Position numbers and translations under genes: made by a program. A DNA stretch of 39,583 bases from the sequence record SRR22947725_2655, one strand, 5' to 3'. The notes under the pieces are model-generated. The model made no database searches. It was given only the letters and a program-made list of their open reading frames with translations, and was not told where the DNA came from. Below are positions 10,898 through 20,064 of the stretch, one piece after another (position 1 is the first letter of the stretch; each line of letters opens with the position of its first letter).

Positions 10898-11305
10898 ATG
10901 CAGTCAAGAAATGATTATCTCGAAGCGCTTGGAATTCCAGACTTTTTGTACTCTAAAGTCGATTCTACTTCTAGTATTTCATCTCCACTAAGCGTCATGG
11001 TATTAGAGTTAAGTTCAAAGGACTCTTTTTGCGAAGCCGGTAAAACTCGAGATTTGCTGGTTAAAATGTTGGCTTCGATTGGCCTCGATTTGAATAGTGT
11101 TCATCTGGCTTCGATTGAAAAAAGTAATCTTGACAGTTTTATTGCCGATAATCCTGCTCAGGTTGTCTTGGTTATGGATTCAACATTTAAGTCAGATAAG
11201 TCATCTTTTTTTTCGACATACCATCCAAGAGATGTTATTAAAGACTCACATCTTAAGCGTGAAACTTGGGAAATTTTAAAAAAGGTAAAACAATGTCTCA
11301 AGTAG
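10898..11305 (+). CDS. Degenerate uracil-DNA-glycosylase-like protein, possibly DNA polymerase III psi-like
   Basis: N-terminal [10 protein letters not shown]. The segments [11 protein letters not shown] and TYHP...KRETWE resemble family-4 UDG, but the catalytic motif is missing. Confidence 0.5.
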   Translation: MQSRNDYLEALGIPDFLYSKVDSTSSISSPLSVMVLELSSKDSFCEAGKTRDLLVKMLASIGLDLNSVHLASIEKSNLDSFIADNPAQVVLVMDSTFKSDKSSFFSTYHPRDVIKDSHLKRETWEILKKVKQCLK

Positions 11306-11985
11306 ATTACTCACTTAAATCTTACAAAAGACCAAAGCTTGAAACGCCAAATGGTGAAAAAAAACTTTTGCTGCATTCATGTTGTGCTCCTTGTGCTGGT
11401 GAAATCATGGAAGCGCTTGCGGCTTCTGATATAGATACGACGATTTATTTTTATAATCCGAATATCCATCCTAAGGATGAGTATGAGCTCAGAAAAGATG
11501 AAAATATTCGCTTTGCAGAAAAACTAGGTATGCCAATTATTGATGCAGATTATGATAGGGATGAGTGGTTTGAAAGAACCAAAGGTCAAGAAAATGAACC
11601 TGAGAGAGGAGAGAGGTGTTCTACTTGTTTTGATATGAGATTTCAAAAAACAGCTAAATTTGCATCTGAAAATGATTTTGATATTATTTCATCCACACTC
11701 GGTATTTCTCGATGGAAGGATATGAATCAAATCAATGAGTCCGGTGCAAAATCTTCAGCGCCTCATAAAATTCCATACTGGGATTTCAATTGGCGTAAAC
11801 AAGGCGGCTCTTCCAGAATGCTTGAATTATCCAAAAAAGAAAACTTTTATCAGCAAGAGTACTGTGGGTGCGTCTATTCTTTAAGGGATACAAATAACTG
11901 GCGCATTGCCAAAGGGCGCAATAAGATTGAGCGAGGAGTTAAGTTCTATCAAGAGGCTAAGCTTAAGCTTTCACAAATCGATTAG
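11293..11985 (+). CDS. queH: Epoxyqueuosine reductase QueH (DUF208)
   Basis: [22 protein letters not shown] and QEYCGC motifs. The ATG at 11293 is the more likely start. Confidence 0.92.
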   Translation: MSQVDYSLKSYKRPKLETPNGEKKLLLHSCCAPCAGEIMEALAASDIDTTIYFYNPNIHPKDEYELRKDENIRFAEKLGMPIIDADYDRDEWFERTKGQENEPERGERCSTCFDMRFQKTAKFASENDFDIISSTLGISRWKDMNQINESGAKSSAPHKIPYWDFNWRKQGGSSRMLELSKKENFYQQEYCGCVYSLRDTNNWRIAKGRNKIERGVKFYQEAKLKLSQID

Positions 11986-12884
11986 TTCTCGATCAAATAT
12001 AATAATAATGATTTTTGAACGTGAAGGCGGTTTTCAGCTTCACTCCAAACAACGCTTTGATTCCCATCTATAACCTCAGAGCTAACCTCTTTTTCGCGAT
12101 AGGCTGGTAGACAGTGCATAAAGATGGCATCCTTTTTAGCTTGATTCATCATATTTTGGTCTACTTGAAAGCCCGTAAAGGCTAATTCTCGTTGCTTTTT
12201 CTCAGATTCTTGGCCCATACTAGTCCAAACATCGGTAACGATTATGTCGGCATTTTCACAAGCCATTAGTGGGTCACTGTAAAAGTTAATGTTCTTTTTG
12301 TAATTGTCAATGAACAATTCAGATGGCTCATATTCCTTGGGCGTTGAAATTGATAATTCAAAGTCAAAGATTCCAGCCGCCTGCATATAGGTTTGACAGA
12401 CATTGCAACCATCTCCAATCCAGGCAATCTTTTTATTTTTGATTGAACCATTCATTTCTTGATAAGTCATTAAGTCAGCAAGTATTTGACAAGGATGCGA
12501 TTCATCTGACAGAGCATTAATGACGGGTTTACTAGAATGCTTAGAAAACTCAATAATATCTTCATGTGAAGACAGTCTGAGCATAACTGCATCAACCATC
12601 GAACTAATAACGATTGCACTATCAGTAATGGGCTCTCCTCTTCCTAGTTGAATATCTTTTTCAGATAAGAAAAGTGACTGGCCACCAAGCTGAGTCATTC
12701 CTGCCTCAAAAGAGACTCTAGTTCTTGTTGAGGATTTATCAAAAATCATAGCTAATGTTTTATTTTTTAGAGTGTTATTGATTTGACCAGATTTATGCTC
12801 TTTTTTAAGCGATATTGCTTGGTCAATAATTCCCTGTAACTCTTTTAAGCTGAGATCGTCAAAGTTAATGAAATGTTTAATCAT
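11982..12884 (-). CDS. argF: Ornithine carbamoyltransferase
   Basis: [24 protein letters not shown] and HCLP motifs. Confidence 0.96.
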   Translation of the reverse strand: MIKHFINFDDLSLKELQGIIDQAISLKKEHKSGQINNTLKNKTLAMIFDKSSTRTRVSFEAGMTQLGGQSLFLSEKDIQLGRGEPITDSAIVISSMVDAVMLRLSSHEDIIEFSKHSSKPVINALSDESHPCQILADLMTYQEMNGSIKNKKIAWIGDGCNVCQTYMQAAGIFDFELSISTPKEYEPSELFIDNYKKNINFYSDPLMACENADIIVTDVWTSMGQESEKKQRELAFTGFQVDQNMMNQAKKDAIFMHCLPAYREKEVSSEVIDGNQSVVWSEAENRLHVQKSLLLYLIEN

Positions 12885-12893
12885 AATTATTTC

Positions 12894-14057
12894 CTAGGTG
12901 CTAATTAGCTTGATGAGTTTGCTAATTAACATATCAATTTCTTCTTTCGTAATTATCAAAGGTGGCAACATTCTTATAGTAGTTCCAGTCACATTAATAA
13001 GAAGGTTGTCTTTCAAAGCTTTTTTGACTAGTTGACTGCAATCAATAATATTGCTATCAAGACCAATTCCAATCATTAGTCCTTTGATACGAAGTTCTTT
13101 AACAGCAATATTATTTTTTATTTTGTTGTCAAATTCTGACCTAAAGTATTCGCTCATTTTATTGACGTTTTCAAGTACATTTGTGTTTTGAAATACATCA
13201 AGAACGCCAAGTGCTGCTGAGGTCACTAATGGATTTCCACCAAAAGTAGAGCCGTGGGTTCCTGGAGTGAGCATTTTTGAGGCTACTCCTTTTGCTAAAC
13301 ACGCACCAATGGGAACTCCATTGCCAAGGCCTTTGGCCAGACATAGGATGTCTGGAGTAATTTGGTTGTGCTCATGAGCAAAAAGTTTGCCAGTTCTCCC
13401 CATGCAAGATTGAACGCCATCAAGAATTAACAACCATCCATTTTTATTGCATGCCTCTTGAACTTTATTTAAGTAATCATTTTTTGGAATGATAATTCCA
13501 GCCTCTCCCTGAATTGGCTCAACCATTACAGCAACTACATTAGCATTACTTTGATAATCACTAATGGCTTCAATGTCATCATAATTAACATGAATAAATT
13601 CACTCATTAATGGCGCAAATCCAGCCTGAACTTTACTTTGTCCGGTTGCGGAAAGAGTCGCCATTGTTCGTCCATGAAAACCTTGATTAGCGGTTAGAAT
13701 GACTGGTTTTTCTATATCTTTACTTCTGGCAAAAAGCCTTACAATTTTTATTGCTGCTTCATTGGCTTCAGCGCCAGAGTTTGAAAAGAAAACTTTGTCC
13801 ATCTTGGCAAGAGTGCAGAGCTCCTTAGCAAGCTTTTCTTGATTTCCAATTCTATAAACATTCGAAGTATGCAGAAGTTGCTGCGATTGATCGATAAGGT
13901 TTTTTGTTATAACTGGGTGACAATGACCCAGGTTCACAACTCCAATACCTGAAAGAGCATCAAGATATTGATTTCCTTTTGTATCAGTTAACCAGCATCC
14001 TTCTCCTTTAACAAAGGTCACCTCGAGAGGAGAATAGTTAGACATTAAGTTGGACAT
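12894..14057 (-). CDS. argD: Acetylornithine aminotransferase
   Basis: NSGAEANEAA, FHGRT, LAKGLG and HGSTFGGNP motifs. Lies 9 bp upstream of argF. Confidence 0.92.
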   Translation of the reverse strand: MSNLMSNYSPLEVTFVKGEGCWLTDTKGNQYLDALSGIGVVNLGHCHPVITKNLIDQSQQLLHTSNVYRIGNQEKLAKELCTLAKMDKVFFSNSGAEANEAAIKIVRLFARSKDIEKPVILTANQGFHGRTMATLSATGQSKVQAGFAPLMSEFIHVNYDDIEAISDYQSNANVVAVMVEPIQGEAGIIIPKNDYLNKVQEACNKNGWLLILDGVQSCMGRTGKLFAHEHNQITPDILCLAKGLGNGVPIGACLAKGVASKMLTPGTHGSTFGGNPLVTSAALGVLDVFQNTNVLENVNKMSEYFRSEFDNKIKNNIAVKELRIKGLMIGIGLDSNIIDCSQLVKKALKDNLLINVTGTTIRMLPPLIITKEEIDMLISKLIKLIST

Positions 14058-14079
14058 AAATATATATTATTAGTTAAAC

Positions 14080-14101
14080 AAAAAAAGCCCCATAATGGGG
14101 C
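14080..14101 (-). terminator. Intrinsic terminator (attenuator) in the argD leader
   Basis: The minus strand reads GCCCCA-TTA-TGGGGC-TTTTTTT and ends 22 nt before the argD ATG. No full-length minus-strand gene lies upstream. Confidence 0.85.
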
Positions 14102-14126
14102 TTTTGAAACTAGGTCTTTTTTTGAT

Positions 14127-14216
14127 TTAAGACAAATTAGCCACCATTAATAAACAATACTGAAGACAAGATCTTCGAGAATTGAGTCGTCTGGTTTTGC
14201 AAGATATTGTTGGCAT
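14127..14216 (-). CDS. Putative arginine leader peptide (MPTISCKTRRLNSRRSCLQYCLLMVANLS)
   Basis: A 29-codon ORF with two Arg pairs (AGA CGA and CGA AGA), lying between a TATAAT box and the terminator. Confidence 0.7.
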   Translation of the reverse strand: MPTISCKTRRLNSRRSCLQYCLLMVANLS

Positions 14217-14243
14217 TCGAGTTTTATAAATCCTAAAAAAAAT

Positions 14244-14249
14244 ATTATA
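14244..14249 (-). promoter_or_regulatory. Candidate -10 box (TATAAT) for the arg leader and argDF
   Basis: TATAAT on the minus strand, 27 nt upstream of the leader ATG. Confidence 0.5.
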
Positions 14250-14382
14250 ACCTAAATGTAGTAGGGATATTTTCTTTAATTGTTTAAATATAAAAGATAA
14301 AAAAGTTAAATAAGAGATGCATTTTATGACACAATATAAATGCAATAAAAACAATTTTATTTCATTAATCTAAGGAGTAAAA

Positions 14383-14676
14383 ATGCAATTAAACCTTTCT
14401 GGTCACCATCTCGATATTACATCTGCCATCCGGCAACACACAAGCGATAAGCTTTCCAAAATTAAACATCACTTTGACAATGTAATGAACGTCAATATGA
14501 TTTTAGAAGTTCAAAAAGATATTCAGACTGCTGAAGCGACCATTCATGTCAGTGGTGCAGACTTATTTGCAAAAGCACAAAGTAATGACATGTATGTTTC
14601 TATAGATCAGCTAATCAATAAATTAGATTCTCAAATAATTAAACATAAAGAAAAACTACATAACCACAGAGCTTAG
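14383..14676 (+). CDS. hpf: Ribosome hibernation promoting factor (short HPF/RaiA family)
   Basis: MQLNLSGHHLDIT...DMYVSIDQLINKLDSQIIKHKEK, 97 aa, with an AAGGAG SD. Confidence 0.93.
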   Translation: MQLNLSGHHLDITSAIRQHTSDKLSKIKHHFDNVMNVNMILEVQKDIQTAEATIHVSGADLFAKAQSNDMYVSIDQLINKLDSQIIKHKEKLHNHRA

Positions 14677-14695
14677 CTCATATAAATTATAATAT

Positions 14696-14745
14696 GTTGT
14701 AATAGCTGCATACCAATTCTTGATTGTTATGCAGCTCAAAACAAC
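14696..14745 (+). promoter_or_regulatory. Stem-loop between hpf and mgtE
   Basis: AGCTGCATA (14704-12) pairs with TATGCAGCT (14728-36). Inner CAAT/ATTG and outer GTTGT/ACAAC also pair. Confidence 0.6.
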
Positions 14746-14756
14746 TGGTAATAGAT

Positions 14757-16112
14757 ATGGCTGAGATTGAACTGACGAGTTTCGAAGTAAGTCTCCAAAA
14801 TTTGATGATTGCGCTTGAAGCATCTGACTATGATGAGGCCAAACAACAAATTAAAGATCTCCATCCCGGAGAAATTGCACTCTTACTAGAAGCAATACAG
14901 CCCAAAGATCGTTCGGTCCTGTGGCCAAGCATTGAAATTTCAATTCAAGGGGAAATTTTAAAAGAGGTTAGTGAGGATGTTCAGTCTCAACTTATTAGTG
15001 AGATGACCGTTGATTCACTTGTCAAAGCTACTGAAAAATTAGATACTGATGACTTGGCTGACATTGTTCCTAATATGCCTGAGTCTGCTGTTCATAGTCT
15101 TTTATTGACACTTGATTTTAAGCATCGTGAGCGTCTTAACAAGATTCTGAGTTATCCAGAAGATTCAGCCGGTGGTTTAATGAATACTGACTTTATAACT
15201 GTCAGACCAGATGTATCAATCAGGGCAGTAATCAGATACTTAAGATTGCTCAAAGAAATGCCTATTGATACGGATCAAGTTTTTGTAGTTGATCGAAATT
15301 TTAATTATCTTGGATCTTTATTAATAACCTCCTTGTTAACTGAAGAGCCTGAGCGAATGGTTGAGACATTAATCAACAATGATTTTTCCAAGCCAGTTAG
15401 TGCTGATACTGATGAAACAGAGGTTGCTCTCTTGTTTGAACAAAGGAATCTGATCTCTGCTCCAGTAATTGATGAAAGCAATCAGCTGGTTGGAAGGATA
15501 ACGATTGATGATGTTGTTGATGTCATCCGTGATCAGGCAGAGCATTCAGTCATGTCAATGGTGGGTTTGGATGAAGATGAGGATGTATTTGCACCAATCA
15601 TTCAAAGTTCAAAAAGAAGAAGCGTTTGGCTTGGAGTTAACTTAGTCACTGCTTTTATAGCTGTTTATTTTATTGGTCTTTTTGAAGCCACATTGCAACA
15701 GAAAATTGCTCTTGCAATTTTAATGCCGGTTGTTGCTAGTATGGGTGGTATTGCTGGAACTCAAACCTTAATCATAGTGACTCGAGGCATTGCAACCGGA
15801 AGGGTCACTACTGCAAATATTAAGACTTTAATTAATAAAGAGGTTGCTGTTAGTGGATTAAATGGGATTATTTGGTCTATAGTAATTGGCTTGATTACTT
15901 ATTATTGGTTTGCTGATTTACTTTTAAGTCTGATCATTGCGCTAGCAATCATTACGAATTTAGTTGTTGCTGCTTTTTCAGGGGCTTTTTTACCGCTACT
16001 TCTCTCAAAACTAAAAATTGATCCTGCACTAGCTGGAGGCGTTATTTTAACAACCATTACTGATGTTATTGGTTTTGTGGCTTTTTTAGGTCTCGCTGCT
16101 CTATTTATCTAA
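14757..16112 (+). CDS. mgtE: Magnesium transporter MgtE
   Basis: N-terminal domain, a CBS pair (SAGGLM, GRITIDDVVD), and the GGIAGTQ and TTITDVIG membrane motifs. The ATG at 14757 is preferred over the TTG at 14724. Confidence 0.95.
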   Translation: MAEIELTSFEVSLQNLMIALEASDYDEAKQQIKDLHPGEIALLLEAIQPKDRSVLWPSIEISIQGEILKEVSEDVQSQLISEMTVDSLVKATEKLDTDDLADIVPNMPESAVHSLLLTLDFKHRERLNKILSYPEDSAGGLMNTDFITVRPDVSIRAVIRYLRLLKEMPIDTDQVFVVDRNFNYLGSLLITSLLTEEPERMVETLINNDFSKPVSADTDETEVALLFEQRNLISAPVIDESNQLVGRITIDDVVDVIRDQAEHSVMSMVGLDEDEDVFAPIIQSSKRRSVWLGVNLVTAFIAVYFIGLFEATLQQKIALAILMPVVASMGGIAGTQTLIIVTRGIATGRVTTANIKTLINKEVAVSGLNGIIWSIVIGLITYYWFADLLLSLIIALAIITNLVVAAFSGAFLPLLLSKLKIDPALAGGVILTTITDVIGFVAFLGLAALFI

Positions 16113-16129
16113 AAAGTTACCAATACTAA

Positions 16130-16435
16130 ATGAAGCTAATTTATACCCACGAAAATCGAATTATGGCGCTTAATATAAGAAATGTACTTATCAATCACGG
16201 ATTTGATGTCACCCTTAATAATGAATTTGCTTCAAGCGCATCCGGAGGCCTAGCTCCGTTTGATACCTGGCCTGAAGTTTGGTTATTGAAAGATGATGAT
16301 TATGATAATGCTAAAAAAATCATTGAATCCATATCTTATGATACAAAACAAGCCGCCTGGGTGTGCAAGAAATGTCAGGAGGAGAATGATGAATCATTTG
16401 ATTACTGTTGGAAGTGCCATGAAGAAAATGAATAA
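16130..16435 (+). CDS. DUF2007-type protein with C-terminal zinc finger
   Basis: WPEVWL segment followed by WVCKKC...NDESFDYCWKC. Confidence 0.75.
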   Translation: MKLIYTHENRIMALNIRNVLINHGFDVTLNNEFASSASGGLAPFDTWPEVWLLKDDDYDNAKKIIESISYDTKQAAWVCKKCQEENDESFDYCWKCHEENE

Positions 16436-16459
16436 TTTAATTTAAATGTATTTAATGTA

Positions 16460-17080
16460 ATGGAATTAACAGTTTGGTTAGGTTTATTAGCTTCGGCACT
16501 TTTCATTAGTATTTCTCCAGGTCCTGGGGCCATATTTTCAATTAGCCAAGGTACACAAAGCGGCTTTAAGAGAGCATTAATTGCTGTAGTTGGTTTGCAG
16601 CTTGGTTTGATGAGCCAGATTGTTTTTTTGCTATTTGGCTTAGGAATTCTAATTGATCAGTTTCCTTCAGTTTTCATTGTGATAAAAATCATTGGTATGG
16701 CTTATTTGATCATTCTAGGACTTATGCAATGGCTTAAAAAAATCGAACAAATAGCAACTACAGAAAATCAATTAAAGGGCACATTTAGTCCTTTGAAAGC
16801 ACTTTTACAAGGTTTCTTTGTTAACCTAACGAATATAAAAGGAACAGTTTTTTTTCTTGCTTTAATCCCTTTATTTATTGATCTTACAGCACTTAAGTTA
16901 TCTACGTGTTTGATATTTATCTCAACGCTAATTGTAATAGATTTGCTAGTAATGACTGGCTATGTAACCCTTGCTGAGCTATCTAAAACTTTACTATCAG
17001 ATCCAAAAAAAATATTATGGCAAAATAGACTTACTGGTACCACATTAATTCTTGTTGGATTAGTGATGGGTACTTCCTGA
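16460..17080 (+). CDS. LysE/RhtB family exporter
   Basis: SPGPG motif and GFFVNLTNIKG. Hydrophobic, 206 aa. Confidence 0.88.
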   Translation: MELTVWLGLLASALFISISPGPGAIFSISQGTQSGFKRALIAVVGLQLGLMSQIVFLLFGLGILIDQFPSVFIVIKIIGMAYLIILGLMQWLKKIEQIATTENQLKGTFSPLKALLQGFFVNLTNIKGTVFFLALIPLFIDLTALKLSTCLIFISTLIVIDLLVMTGYVTLAELSKTLLSDPKKILWQNRLTGTTLILVGLVMGTS

Positions 17081-17093
17081 TTAATATATTGAT

Positions 17094-17504
17094 ATGAGCA
17101 TCTTTCATCTAGCATATACAGTAAGTGATCTTGATTCTGCAAGGCAGTTCTATGGGGAGCTTTTAGGATGTAAGGAGGGAAGAAGTTCAGACACTTGGGT
17201 TGACTTTAATTTCTTTGGGCACCAGCTTTCATTACATGTTGGCGAGTCAAGTTATAGAATTAATACAAACTCAAAGGTGGATGATGTTTCTGTTCCAATG
17301 CCTCATTTTGGATGTGTATTGGAGTGGAATAGTTTTCATGACTTGTCGACTAGGCTTCAATCCAAAGGGTTGACATTTATTATTAGTCCTTCAGTTCGAT
17401 TTAAAGGCTTAGCTGGAGAACAAGTGACTATGTTTTTCGAAGATTTTTCTGGCAATGCACTTGAATTTAAAGCTTACAAAAATCCTTCTGAGGTATTTTC
17501 TTAA
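17094..17504 (+). CDS. VOC/glyoxalase family protein
   Basis: FHLA, FYGELLGC, FFGHQLSLH, PHFG and DFSGNALEFK motifs. Confidence 0.88.
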   Translation: MSIFHLAYTVSDLDSARQFYGELLGCKEGRSSDTWVDFNFFGHQLSLHVGESSYRINTNSKVDDVSVPMPHFGCVLEWNSFHDLSTRLQSKGLTFIISPSVRFKGLAGEQVTMFFEDFSGNALEFKAYKNPSEVFS

Positions 17505-17523
17505 ATAATGATGAAAATGAATA

Positions 17524-18153
17524 ATGTTTGATATTTTGAGTCAAGAGGTAATTATTGCTTTTATTGCTGCTTCAATAGTATTAAGCTTTGTGCCTGGTCC
17601 AGATAATATCTTTGTAATGACTCAGTCAGCATTAAGGGGACGGAGGGTAGGTTTTTTTACAACTCTTGGGCTATGTACTGGGCTAGTGGGGCATACTCTC
17701 TTGGTAGCTGTTGGAGTAAGCGTTATTTTCCAAACTAGTACTATTGCGTTTAATGGGTTAAAAATATTGGGTGCATGCTACCTTGTTTATTTAGGTTGGC
17801 TGTCTCTTAAAAATGAGGAGCTAGTCCTTGGTGAAGGCAAAGAAAAAAGTACCAATCAATCCTATTATATTACAGGCATAATCATGAATCTGACCAATCC
17901 AAAGGTTGCTCTTTTCTTTCTGGTTTTTTTGCCGCAATTTGTTAATGTTAGTATGGGCAGTGTTACTATTCAAATCCTAACACTTGGTCTTTTATTTATT
18001 TTGAGTGCGCTATGTGTTTTCTCATCGATTGCATTTCTTGGAAGTTTTCTTGAGAGATTTCTTAAAAAATCAAAATCAGTTGGAAACAACATAAATAAGC
18101 TAGCCGCATTCGTTTATTTTGCTTTAGCAATTAACTTATTTTTTGTATCTTAA
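17524..18153 (+). CDS. LysE/RhtB family exporter
   Basis: PGPDN and MNLTNPKVALFF motifs. Confidence 0.9.
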   Translation: MFDILSQEVIIAFIAASIVLSFVPGPDNIFVMTQSALRGRRVGFFTTLGLCTGLVGHTLLVAVGVSVIFQTSTIAFNGLKILGACYLVYLGWLSLKNEELVLGEGKEKSTNQSYYITGIIMNLTNPKVALFFLVFLPQFVNVSMGSVTIQILTLGLLFILSALCVFSSIAFLGSFLERFLKKSKSVGNNINKLAAFVYFALAINLFFVS

Positions 18154-18169
18154 TAATTATGAAATTAAT

Positions 18170-18589
18170 ATGAATATTGAATCCAAAATTTGTGACTATA
18201 AGAGCAATGAAAAAGATATCTGCAAAATAAGGTTTGAGGTCTTTGTTGATGAGCAGAATGTGCCAGAAGAGCTTGAAATTGATGGATTAGATGATGAAGC
18301 AAAGCATGTACTTGCTTATTCTGATGATGAGCCAATTGGAACTGGAAGGATATTAATTGATGGACACATCGGAAGGGTTGCTGTTCTAAAAAAGTATCGC
18401 GGACTTGGAATTGGTAAGTCCGTCATGCAAGAGCTTATTAAATGGGCTCAAAAAAACAATCTTGAAAAGCTTTGGTTATCATCTCAATGGCATGCGCATA
18501 GTTTTTATCTAGATCTTGGCTTTGTATGTGAGGGAGAGATATACGAAGAAGCAGGTATTGACCATATCAAAATGTTTAGAGTTCTCTAG
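18170..18589 (+). CDS. GNAT N-acetyltransferase (ElaA/YjcF-like)
   Basis: RFEVFVDEQ, IGRVAV...RGLGIG and EAGIDH motifs. ATG at 18170. Confidence 0.88.
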   Translation: MNIESKICDYKSNEKDICKIRFEVFVDEQNVPEELEIDGLDDEAKHVLAYSDDEPIGTGRILIDGHIGRVAVLKKYRGLGIGKSVMQELIKWAQKNNLEKLWLSSQWHAHSFYLDLGFVCEGEIYEEAGIDHIKMFRVL

Positions 18590-18626
18590 AGGGTTTGAGA
18601 TCAGACTTGTTTGGTAAAAAATTGAC

Positions 18627-19289
18627 TTACGCTGTCTTTGCTTGCTTAAACTTTTTTTCTAGTTTCATTGCTAACATTGCTGATGGTATTGAAACAATCA
18701 AAAAGAACACTCCAACTAAGGTCATTGGTTCTAGATAGGTGTAATGACTATTACTATACTGATCGGCAGCTCTAAATAATTCAACTACTGTAATTGCTGC
18801 TAATAATGGTGTTTCCTTAAACATGGTAATGAGATAGTTTGCAAGAGGTGGAATCATTGGTGGTATGGCCTGAGGCAGAATAACATTTTTCCAGGTTTGA
18901 AGTGGATTATAGTTAAGTGACTTTGCTGCCTCCCACTGGCCTTTAGGAACATTGTCAATACCAGCTCTAAAGACTTCTGAAGTATATGTACTAAAATGAA
19001 TGCCTAATACAATTACACCACATGTGAAGGCTTCTAAGAATATTCCAAAATCTGGTAGAACATAAAATACAACATAAAGCTGAACTAAAATTGGCGTTCT
19101 TCTAACAAACTCAGTAATCCAGTAGATTGAAATACGTGTAAGCTTACTTTTTGACATTTTGACAATTGCTATTCCTAGTCCCAATACATAAGCAAGAAGT
19201 GAAGCAACAATAGTAGCTTGAATAGTTACTAATAAGCCATCTGCTAGTTGCGGCAGAACAGCGAATGCATGATCCCAATTCCACTCCAT
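18627..19289 (-). CDS. ehuD: Ectoine/hydroxyectoine-type ABC permease EhuD
   Basis: W-x-W N-terminus, RRTPILVQL, and QWEAA...MFKETPLL. Confidence 0.8.
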   Translation of the reverse strand: MEWNWDHAFAVLPQLADGLLVTIQATIVASLLAYVLGLGIAIVKMSKSKLTRISIYWITEFVRRTPILVQLYVVFYVLPDFGIFLEAFTCGVIVLGIHFSTYTSEVFRAGIDNVPKGQWEAAKSLNYNPLQTWKNVILPQAIPPMIPPLANYLITMFKETPLLAAITVVELFRAADQYSNSHYTYLEPMTLVGVFFLIVSIPSAMLAMKLEKKFKQAKTA

Positions 19290-19291
19290 GA

Positions 19292-19960
19292 TTATTTATC
19301 TCCTGCGGTCATAATATTTCTACCTTTAGAAAACTTTTTAGCAATCAGATCTACTATCTGAACCAAAACCGTAGCAATAATAAAATAAATAACAAGTATG
19401 AGTAAAAATGGCTCTAATGTTAATGCAGTCTGAACCCTGATTATTTGAGCCATAAATGTAAGATCTGAAATAGTAATCAGTGAGGCAACCGCTGTTAATT
19501 TTAAAAGCTCAATAAGTAAATTTCCAAATGTAGGAATCATGATTGGGATTGCTTGTGGAATAATAACGTATCTATATTTTTTTAAGCTTGAATAGTTTAA
19601 GGCTTTGCATGCTTCATGCTGCTCCTTACTAACTGCAAGTATTGCTCCTCTAACTACCTCTGAACCATATGCGCCGACGTTAAGGCCACAAGCTACTACA
19701 CCAGCAGTCAAGGCATCAAAATATATGCCCCACATTGGTAATACGAAATATATAAAAAACATTTGAACGAGAGCAGAGCTGCCTCGGAAAAATTCTAAAT
19801 AAATGATTGCAATTACTCTAACTGCAGCAAATGAAGAAATCCTTGCAAGTCCAACAATAAAAGAAACAATTAGAGCTAATATAGCTCCTAACACAGTTAA
19901 CTGGACTGTTGTAATCGTTCCTTTAATAAGAATTGGGTAGAACTCTAAGACTTCATTCAT
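19292..19960 (-). CDS. ehuC: Ectoine/hydroxyectoine-type ABC permease EhuC
   Basis: EFFRGSSALVQ, GAYGSEVVRGAI and NLLIELLK motifs. Confidence 0.8.
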   Translation of the reverse strand: MNEVLEFYPILIKGTITTVQLTVLGAILALIVSFIVGLARISSFAAVRVIAIIYLEFFRGSSALVQMFFIYFVLPMWGIYFDALTAGVVACGLNVGAYGSEVVRGAILAVSKEQHEACKALNYSSLKKYRYVIIPQAIPIMIPTFGNLLIELLKLTAVASLITISDLTFMAQIIRVQTALTLEPFLLILVIYFIIATVLVQIVDLIAKKFSKGRNIMTAGDK

Positions 19961-19971
19961 AAAAAAATTTT

Positions 19972-20005
19972 AAAAAAAACCTGCCCTGTAAATATTACAG
20001 GGCAG
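19972..20005 (-). terminator. Intrinsic terminator between ehuB and ehuC
   Basis: An 11-bp stem (CTGCCCTGTAA/TTACAGGGCAG) followed by G and T8 on the minus strand. Confidence 0.85.
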
Positions 20006-20064
20006 ATTAGGTTGTAAAGTAAATTCTAATTAGACCTACCCCGAGTATCTTACAGGGAAGATTA
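19980..20064. repeat. Degenerate 30-bp direct repeat of the terminator hairpin
   Basis: 19980-20009 and 20035-20064 match at 23 of 30 positions, ungapped. Confidence 0.7.

Noticed and set aside
14217-14354. Upstream part of the 75-aa ORF 14127..14354
   Set aside because: It is an AT-rich open stretch that spans the candidate promoter. Only the portion from the ATG at 14216 is credible.
14317-14373. 18-codon ORF and ARG-box-like TGCAT-TTT-ATGAC upstream of hpf
   Set aside because: The ORF has no informative composition. The box spacing is one base short of the ArgR consensus and there is no clear tandem partner.
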